Shown here: positions 57,644 through 64,000 of the stretch, piece by piece
Numbering within the stretch: the first letter of the stretch is position 1
How the letters are laid out: each line of letters begins with the position of its first letter
From: an uncultured Acidimicrobiia bacterium
Lineage (GTDB): Bacteria; Actinomycetota; Acidimicrobiia; Spongiisociales; UBA4744
Direction: 5' to 3'
Assembly: GCA_964383535.1 (NCBI GenBank)
Contig: CAYLHS010000002.1
Coordinates: forward strand, 4,555 to 68,554
DNA: 64,000 nucleotides
Notes under the pieces: model-generated
What the model was told of the DNA's origin: nothing
What the model saw: the letters and a program-made list of their open reading frames with translations, nothing else
Databases searched by the model: none
Program-made: the position numbers and the translations under genes

Positions 57644-59268
57644 GATGTCTCCTTTTGCAGCGCGAGATAGCGCGTGATGAGGTTGTTGGTCGACGCGTCG
57701 AACGCAGGCTCCTGCTCGCCCTTGAGCATGGGAGCGATCTGCACCGCGAGTGTCTTGCCCAACTCAACGCCCCACTGATCGAACGAGTCGATCCTCCACA
57801 AGGTGCCCTGTGTGAACACACTGTGCTCGTACAGGGCGACGAGCGTTCCGAGGCGGTACGGGTCGAGGACCTTGGCCATGATCACAGTTGTCGGCCGGTT
57901 CCCGGGCATGACCCTGTGTGGGACGATCGCCGGATCGGTCCCTTCGGCCCGAACCTCTTCGGCGGTCTTGCCGAACGCGAGGGCTCGGGCTTGAGCGAGC
58001 ATGTTTGCCATCAGCAGATCCTGCCGCTCCCCTTGCGGTGACATGGCGAAGCCGATCAGGTCGACGGGGATAGCCGTTGTGCCTTGATGCAGGAGCTGGA
58101 AGAAGCTGTGCTGCCCGTTGGTTCCCGGTTCCCCCCAGTAGACCGGGCCGGTATCCCATGAGACAGGGCTCCCTTCGGCGGTGACCCGTTTGCCGTTGGA
58201 TTCCATAGTGAGCTGCTGGAGGTAGGCGGGGAACCGGTGCAAGTACTGAGCGTAGGGGATGACCGCTGCCGACTGGACACCAAAGAAGTTGCGGTACCAA
58301 ACCGCCAACATCCCCATCAGTACGGGGAGGTTCCGCTCGAACGGGGTCGTTCGGAAGTGCTCATCCATGGCGTGGAATCCGGCAAGCATCTCGCGGAATC
58401 GCTTCGGTCCGATGGCGATCATGGTCGACAATCCGATTGCGGAATCCATCGAGTAGCGGCCGCCGACCCAGTCCCAGAACCCGAACATGTGGTCGGTGTC
58501 GATGCCGAACGCGTTGACCCTCTCTTCATTGGTGGAGACGGCGACGAAGTGCTTCGCAACCGAGTCCGGCCCAAGTGCATCCACGATCCAGTCCCGCGCT
58601 CTGGACGCATTGGTCATCGTCTCGAGTGTTCCGAACGTCTTCGAGGCAACGATGAAGAGGGTCTCGGCGGGATCGGAACCGCTGATGGCCTCGTGGAGAT
58701 CGGTGGTATCGACGTTCGACACGAACCGGAAATGGAGGCCGCGCCTGGCGTAAGCACGCAGCGCCTCGTGCGCCATGACCGGACCGAGATCGGATCCGCC
58801 GATTCCGATGTTGATGATGCTCCGGATGGGACGGCCCGTCGCGCCCTTCCATGTACCCGATCTGATCTCGTCGGCGAAGGCCGCCATCCTGTCGAGCGTC
58901 TCGTGCACCTCGGCCACGACATCGACTCCATCGACGACCAACGTCGCGTCTCGCGGGAGGCGGAGAGCCGTATGGAGCACAGATCGCCCTTCCGACACGT
59001 TGATTCGGGCGCCGGAGAACATCGCATCGATCCGTTCTGCGAGGCCGGCCTCGCGGGCAAGTTCCACCAACGATGCGAGTGCATGAGCATCGACCAGATG
59101 CTTCGAGAAGTCGGCAGCGAGGCCTACGGCCTCAACGGTCATCCGCTGGACGCGGTCGGGATCGCTCGCGAAGAGATCGCGCAGGTCGCGTGGCGCCAGC
59201 CGGTCGTAATGTGCGTTGAGGTCCTTCCAGGCGGCGAGGTCGGTGGGAAACGAGGGCTCCGTAGTCAT
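57640..59268 (-). CDS. pgi: Glucose-6-phosphate isomerase
   Basis: [10 protein letters not shown] motif and overall PGI similarity. ATGA overlap with gnd. Confidence 0.9.
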   Translation of the reverse strand: MTTEPSFPTDLAAWKDLNAHYDRLAPRDLRDLFASDPDRVQRMTVEAVGLAADFSKHLVDAHALASLVELAREAGLAERIDAMFSGARINVSEGRSVLHTALRLPRDATLVVDGVDVVAEVHETLDRMAAFADEIRSGTWKGATGRPIRSIINIGIGGSDLGPVMAHEALRAYARRGLHFRFVSNVDTTDLHEAISGSDPAETLFIVASKTFGTLETMTNASRARDWIVDALGPDSVAKHFVAVSTNEERVNAFGIDTDHMFGFWDWVGGRYSMDSAIGLSTMIAIGPKRFREMLAGFHAMDEHFRTTPFERNLPVLMGMLAVWYRNFFGVQSAAVIPYAQYLHRFPAYLQQLTMESNGKRVTAEGSPVSWDTGPVYWGEPGTNGQHSFFQLLHQGTTAIPVDLIGFAMSPQGERQDLLMANMLAQARALAFGKTAEEVRAEGTDPAIVPHRVMPGNRPTTVIMAKVLDPYRLGTLVALYEHSVFTQGTLWRIDSFDQWGVELGKTLAVQIAPMLKGEQEPAFDASTNNLITRYLALQKETS

Positions 59269-59573
59269 GGGACGATTCCTTGGTCGAAGGCGTGGTTCGT
59301 GGCTCCACCCTGGCCAGCGAATCTTACCCAGCAGGGTTCTCTCGGAGATTCAAGGAGGGTTCATCCCCCGTTCTCCTGCCGTTCACGTGTGCCACGTACC
59401 GTGTGCTCAAGTGAAGGATGTGAGTCTCTCCTCCACCTGATGGGACGACTTCCTCCGTCCCAGTCTGGCGAGGACTCGGGGCAGGAGCCGAATGGGGTAC
59501 CGGCTATCACAACCTGTCCCGGGTCCACCAGGGCACAGTCTGCGACCTTCCAACGGACGGAGGGCTCCCTGGA

Positions 59574-60716
59574 TCAGCGTGGGGACTCTCTTGCCGCAAT
59601 CGGACGGAGCACGAAGAACGCGATGACCTCTGCTGCGATCGCGGCCACAACCATCGCGACCGTCGACCGTTCATAGAGGAATCCGAGCATCGCCCCACCC
59701 GCCAGTAGGGCGATCCCGTACGAGGTGTTGAAGACCCCGTAGGCCGTCGCTCGGCGCGTGGAAGGCGAGAGGGTGGCGACAGCCGCACGCATCGTCGACT
59801 CCTGCACACCCATCGAAGCACCCCATGCGACCATCGCCGCCCATCCCACCCAGGCCAGCGAGGTGAACGAGAACAACGCAAGCATGGTGAAGAACGGCAT
59901 GACGATGAGAACACGAAGCCCCCGGGTGTCGTAGAACCTGCCCGAGACCAGTGCTGCGAGCGCATCCACGGCCATCGCGAGCGCGAACATCAGGGGGATC
60001 TGTGGATCACCAACGATGTGCCGATCGCTGAGGTGGAAGGCGATCAGAGGAAACGGGGCGAAGCCGACGGCGGCAAGGAACACGAAGACCAGATAGCGGC
60101 GTGCGTGGCCGTTTCCGAGCTGACGTGCTCCGGGACTGTCCTCTCTCGCGGCATGCCGACCGTCAGGCATCTGTCGACGCGCAATCAGAAGCGAGATCAA
60201 GGTCAACGCACCCGGGATGGCGAGCACGAGGAACGCGAACCGGTAGTCGTTCTGTTTCGCCGCCAAGATGGCTGCCAGGAGGATCGGCCCGGTGACGGCC
60301 CCCGTCTGATCGAGGGCTTCGTGAAGGCCGAATCCCCATCCCATGCCGAGCGGCTCGGCCGCGTCGGCGAGCAGTGTGTCCCTCGCTGGTGAACGCACCG
60401 CCTTCCCCAGCCGCTCGGCCACGACGAGCGCCAGCGCGAGATCGACACGCCCCACGAGGCCGAGGAGTGGAACGGCGATCACGGTCAGCGCGTACCCCGC
60501 GATGGTCATCATCCAGTAGGCGCGGGTCCGGTCCGCGATGATTCCTGTGACCGAGCGAAGGGCATAACCCGCGAACTCCCCTGCTCCGGCGACCAGTCCC
60601 ACCACACCGGCCGTCGCCCCTAGAGTCAGCAGGTACGGACCGATGACACTGCGTGCACCCTCATAGACGATGTCGGCGAGGAGGCTGACGATCCCGAACG
60701 CGACGATCGTCATCAT
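59574..60716 (-). CDS. MFS transporter
   Basis: 12 TM. Start chosen at MMTIVAFG. The upstream 60 codons of the six-frame ORF are Arg/Ser-rich and look non-coding. Confidence 0.7.
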   Translation of the reverse strand: MMTIVAFGIVSLLADIVYEGARSVIGPYLLTLGATAGVVGLVAGAGEFAGYALRSVTGIIADRTRAYWMMTIAGYALTVIAVPLLGLVGRVDLALALVVAERLGKAVRSPARDTLLADAAEPLGMGWGFGLHEALDQTGAVTGPILLAAILAAKQNDYRFAFLVLAIPGALTLISLLIARRQMPDGRHAAREDSPGARQLGNGHARRYLVFVFLAAVGFAPFPLIAFHLSDRHIVGDPQIPLMFALAMAVDALAALVSGRFYDTRGLRVLIVMPFFTMLALFSFTSLAWVGWAAMVAWGASMGVQESTMRAAVATLSPSTRRATAYGVFNTSYGIALLAGGAMLGFLYERSTVAMVVAAIAAEVIAFFVLRPIAARESPR

Positions 60717-60753
60717 CGCCCGGCGCCGGATGTTCGACCTTTCCCCAGTCCCA

Positions 60754-61107
60754 CTACTCACGACGCCGGAACCTACCAGCGGTCGGCGGCTTCTGCGGCC
60801 CTTCGATCGACCTCGGACGGCCGAGAGCCACGGTCTCAGACGGTGGCTCTCGCTCGAACGAATGGGGGAGCATGCGCAACTCTCCTGCCTCGTCACTCAC
60901 AGGCGATGGCTTGGTGCGCCGCCTGAACGCAAGCGGCAACGTTTGCAGGGCGATGAGCACGAAGGCGAACGCGCCCGTTTCGCGCGAGTAGAGGTTGGAG
61001 ACACCAAACGCCCGGAGGTCCTGTGAGGAGGCCACCGCGAGCACGAACAGGCCGACGGCGATGACGCTATCTGCAAGCCATGTGGGAATCCGGCGGTTCA
61101 TCGTCAC
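60754..61107 (-). pseudogene. Possible remnant of a sensor histidine kinase N-terminus (TM segment then RRR motif), degenerate afterwards
   Basis: The first ~60 aa resemble the HisKA_3-type sensor N-terminus (AFAFVLIALQTLPLAFRRR). The rest is low complexity. Confidence 0.2.
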
Positions 61108-61182
61108 CGATCGTACAAGGGGGGGCCGTCCAGGTCGTCCTCCTCCAGATGGATCGGTCGATCATTCTCGAGGAGGTGGAGC

Positions 61183-62952
61183 TCAGCTCCCGATGCCGAG
61201 TGTTCTTGCGAGGAACGATGCCATCTGGTCCCGCGGAACCATCGCGTCGGGACAGTACCTGAGCGGGCTCGACGAGCACCCCGTCGTGATCCCGAGTTCG
61301 TAAACCAGGTTGGCGAACGGCGCATACCAGGCATTCGGGTCGACGTCTGCGAACACCCCCGGCGCACCTCCGAGATCGGAGGTGCGATCGAACGCCCGAA
61401 CGAGAAAGGCAGCCATCTCGGCTCTGGACACCGAGCTGTCGGGGTGGAAGGTGTGGTCTGCGTAGCCGGTCGTGATCCCCAGCTCGAACGCGCGCTCCAC
61501 ATACGGGGTGAACCACTGGCCGGCGGGGACGTCGGCGAAGTACCCGTGGTAGGTCATCGAGCTGACGTCCTCCCCGACCGCTCGAATGAGAAACGCCGCC
61601 ATGGATGCCCTCGACACGAGATCCTTCGGGCAGTACCGATCGTTCGCCGGAGGATCGCAACCATTCGTCAACCCGGCGGCCGCGATAGCTTCGATGTTCG
61701 ACTCGTGGAAGTCACCGTCGTCATCGATGAACGTGCCTACGTAGTTGCCGTCGGTGAGTCGAACATACACGTGGCCGGCGGCGTCATGGAGAATGTTGGC
61801 CGAGTATGGACCGACCGAGAACGTCTCCCCGACCGCGTGTACGTGGGACGTGCCGTTCGTCGTCGCCTCGGCCGGGAATTGAGCAACCCTCGTCTCGGTC
61901 CCGAAGCAGGGGTAGCCGTCCGGTAGCCAGTTGTCGGCTGAACACACCGCTGATCGCGAATCCACCTGATACACCTCGACACCACTCTTGAGCAGGGATG
62001 CATCCCACGCGTCTGCCGGGCGGTAGTCCAACTCGTAGAAGAAACCGTCCGCGCCCCTCGGGACCACCACCATCCCAACGCCATCTCCACCAACCGCGGC
62101 CAGCCGGAACGCATGAGTGCCTCCCCCGAAGATGGCCACATCGGTTGGGTCGATCCAGCCTGCCGTGTAGCGGTTGTAGGCGGTTGTGCCGATAGGCTCA
62201 CCGGTCACTTCGTAGCCGCTCATGTTGTCGATCGGGTTGTCGTACTCGAACGCATCACCCGCAGGGTTACTGACCAGTCCCCCAAACGAATGGGGCCACC
62301 AGATGGCATGGCCGATCTCGTGGGCGATGGTGTTCCACACCGCGCTCTGGTAGGGAGGGATGGTCATGACTGCGCCGGCCCCGACCACGATTCTTCGGCC
62401 ACTTCCTGGATACACGGCGTAGTCCGGCCAGTCGTCCGCACACCCCCCGACGGTGTCTGCACAGAACCATCCAGGGTTCCCGTAGCCTGCCCCATAGCCT
62501 CCCGCCGTGACGATCACCACGCCGTCTGGCTTCGATCTCGAAGCGGCGGCCACCTTCGCTTCACACCCTGGTGCCCACGGCGGTGACCAGTACGCGAGGG
62601 CGGAGGGGTCCATCGGAATGACGTCGTCCGATCTGACCGTGCCACCGACCTTGAACACGGGCTGGTATCGGCCTTCCGAGAGCCACTGGTAGTAGGGCGT
62701 GATATGTGCATTGAGGTCACTCGTCACCGACCCAACGTCGAGGCTGACGTCCCAGTCAGGTACGTCGCAGATCCAGACTTCCCACACATCCTGCCCCAAC
62801 GAGAGCGTGGTGGTCACGGTGTCCCTGAAAGGAACCAGGTGGTTTGGATCGCCCGCATACGGGTCGGACGCCGCCTGAACACCGACCGCGAGCATGAGCA
62901 TGAGGACGACTACCAGAGCGAGTACCACGCCGGCTCTTGATCTGAATTCCAT
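61183..62952 (-). CDS. Secreted zinc metalloprotease (HEIGHAIWWPH) with three C-terminal SLH domains
   Basis: Signal peptide, GGGGGA RBS and HExxH-x5-H motif. Three SLH repeats (SRASMAAFLIRAVG, SRAEMAAFLVRAF, PRDQMASFLARTLG). Confidence 0.8.
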   Translation of the reverse strand: MEFRSRAGVVLALVVVLMLMLAVGVQAASDPYAGDPNHLVPFRDTVTTTLSLGQDVWEVWICDVPDWDVSLDVGSVTSDLNAHITPYYQWLSEGRYQPVFKVGGTVRSDDVIPMDPSALAYWSPPWAPGCEAKVAAASRSKPDGVVIVTAGGYGAGYGNPGWFCADTVGGCADDWPDYAVYPGSGRRIVVGAGAVMTIPPYQSAVWNTIAHEIGHAIWWPHSFGGLVSNPAGDAFEYDNPIDNMSGYEVTGEPIGTTAYNRYTAGWIDPTDVAIFGGGTHAFRLAAVGGDGVGMVVVPRGADGFFYELDYRPADAWDASLLKSGVEVYQVDSRSAVCSADNWLPDGYPCFGTETRVAQFPAEATTNGTSHVHAVGETFSVGPYSANILHDAAGHVYVRLTDGNYVGTFIDDDGDFHESNIEAIAAAGLTNGCDPPANDRYCPKDLVSRASMAAFLIRAVGEDVSSMTYHGYFADVPAGQWFTPYVERAFELGITTGYADHTFHPDSSVSRAEMAAFLVRAFDRTSDLGGAPGVFADVDPNAWYAPFANLVYELGITTGCSSSPLRYCPDAMVPRDQMASFLARTLGIGS

Positions 62953-63016
62953 GTTCCCCCTGGGACTCTCGAGAAGGGTACACCCGCTTGCCCGAGCCCC
63001 GATGCACCCCACAGGG

Positions 63017-63706
63017 ATGGAGTCGACCAGAAACGTGACCTGCCCCACTGGTACCGTATCGTCCGGAGGTACCGAGACGGCACTGCAGACCATCATCGCC
63101 GCGCTTGTCGCTCTTCTGGCGATCACGAATCCGATAGGGGCCGTGCCCGTCTTTCTCGAGATCACCGAGGGAACGACATCTGTTCATCGGCGCAAGGACG
63201 CCCTGCGGGCATCTGTGATCGTCGTTGCCATTCTGGCCGTTTCGGTTGTCGCCGGTCAGGCGGTGCTTGGCTTCTTCGGCATCAGTGTCGACGCACTGCG
63301 AGCTGCGGGCGGACTGATCATCGTCCTGATGGGCATCGAGATGCTCGGCGGGAGCGTGCCAAGACTTCAGAGCCATAAGGGCGGCCCAACGACGAAAGAT
63401 CAGAGCGAAGGAGCAGAGGACTCGCTCGTGGTCCCTTTCGCGATGCCGCTCGTTGCAGGCCCGGGAGCGATCGCGACCGCTGTGACACTGGCGGCGAAGG
63501 ATGACTCGATCGTGGGAATCGGGGAGACTCTCATCGCGGTCGGCGCCGTCGGGGTGATCCTGTTCGTGGCGCTCGCTGCCTCAGATGTCATTGGAAGCCA
63601 TATCAGCCGGCGTGGCCATGCCATCCTCATGAGGTTCCTCGGACTGATCCTCACAGCGATCGGCGTGCAGTACGTACTGCTTGGTGCACAGGCAGTTCTC
63701 CGCTGA
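63017..63706 (+). CDS. MarC family integral membrane protein (UPF0056)
   Basis: ITNPIGAVPVFL signature. 6 TM. Exact start uncertain. Confidence 0.65.
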   Translation: MESTRNVTCPTGTVSSGGTETALQTIIAALVALLAITNPIGAVPVFLEITEGTTSVHRRKDALRASVIVVAILAVSVVAGQAVLGFFGISVDALRAAGGLIIVLMGIEMLGGSVPRLQSHKGGPTTKDQSEGAEDSLVVPFAMPLVAGPGAIATAVTLAAKDDSIVGIGETLIAVGAVGVILFVALAASDVIGSHISRRGHAILMRFLGLILTAIGVQYVLLGAQAVLR

Positions 63707-63709
63707 GCG

Positions 63710-64000
63710 CTACTCGGCTGAACGCAACACACGAGCAACATCCTGCTCGGGCATGCCTGAGTTCTTCGCTTCGTCGACCGTCAGGGTGAGTTCCTCGGTG
63801 AGTGCATCCTCTCTGCCGGTCAAGTCGGCGGCTTCGAGTTCATCGACGAGATCTCCGAGTACTTCCATCAGTGCTTGGAGGACGAATGGCTGGCCCGATG
63901 CTGCCAGTCGAATCTCCGAGAACGCGCCGTGGACATAGTCGGATCGTGAAGGTGTCTCGGCGAGAAACACTCGTTGTCCGGCCGGGCCGCTGAACACACG
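63710..64000 (-). CDS. Hypothetical protein, N-terminus beyond the window end
   Basis: Open frame running off the window edge. Acidic helical sequence. Confidence 0.35.
   Translation of the reverse strand, partial: RVFSGPAGQRVFLAETPSRSDYVHGAFSEIRLAASGQPFVLQALMEVLGDLVDELEAADLTGREDALTEELTLTVDEAKNSGMPEQDVARVLRSAE

Noticed and set aside
55953-57821. 622-aa ORF on the minus strand across the pgl-gnd region. Also numerous 100-480 aa ORFs antisense to real genes, such as 825..2204, 3524..4258, 9165..10700 and 20314..21783.
   Set aside because: Arg/Gly/Pro-rich composition and no motifs. They overlap genes that have strong family signatures. These are GC-bias artifacts.
59574-60896. Full 440-aa MFS ORF starting at 60896.
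   Set aside because: The first 60 codons are Arg/Ser-rich and non-hydrophobic. The real start is more likely MMTIV at 60716, leaving room for the degenerate sensor-kinase-like fragment upstream.
1-64000. Search for tRNA, rRNA, CRISPR repeats, IS elements and integrases.
   Set aside because: No T-loop/acceptor consensus, no repeat-spacer arrays, no transposase- or integrase-like ORFs and no terminal inverted repeats were seen. The window looks like stable chromosome.

Overview
High-GC (~65-67%) chromosomal segment, most likely from an Actinomycetota-like Gram-positive bacterium. The clues are GTG/TTG starts, ATGA/GTGA-coupled operons, leaderless promoters, Thr/Ser/Pro-rich lipoprotein linkers and SLH domains. 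Genes are densely packed on both strands. Many of the long six-frame ORFs are antisense or run-through artifacts of the GC bias, and I resolved them into about 58 real CDS. No rRNA, tRNA or CRISPR array was recognised.

Housekeeping content:
- rlmN, NADP-malic enzyme maeB, ATP-PEPCK pckA, and a pgi-gnd-pgl operon.
- A modABC molybdate transporter and exonuclease III.
- A DAHP synthase/chorismate mutase-tyrA-pheA operon.

Accessory content:
- Two ClC channels.
- A secreted serpin.
- An ArsR-ArsC fusion with a second ArsC.
- A TetR-regulated heterodimeric ABC exporter and a PadR regulator.
- GH13 and GH1 glycosidases.
- An SLH-anchored metalloprotease.

Most notable findings:
- A Phe/Tyr-rich leader peptide plus terminator hairpin (a transcription attenuator) upstream of the aromatic amino acid operon.
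- A compact glycoside-phosphate biosynthesis-like cluster: a HAD-IIB phosphatase, two SPS/MshA-like GT4 glycosyltransferases and a GDP-hexose-phosphorylase-like HIT enzyme.
- An eRF1/baeRF-like protein with an HGQG motif, divergent from an RsiV-like lipoprotein.
- Perfect palindromic operators for the PadR and TetR regulators.
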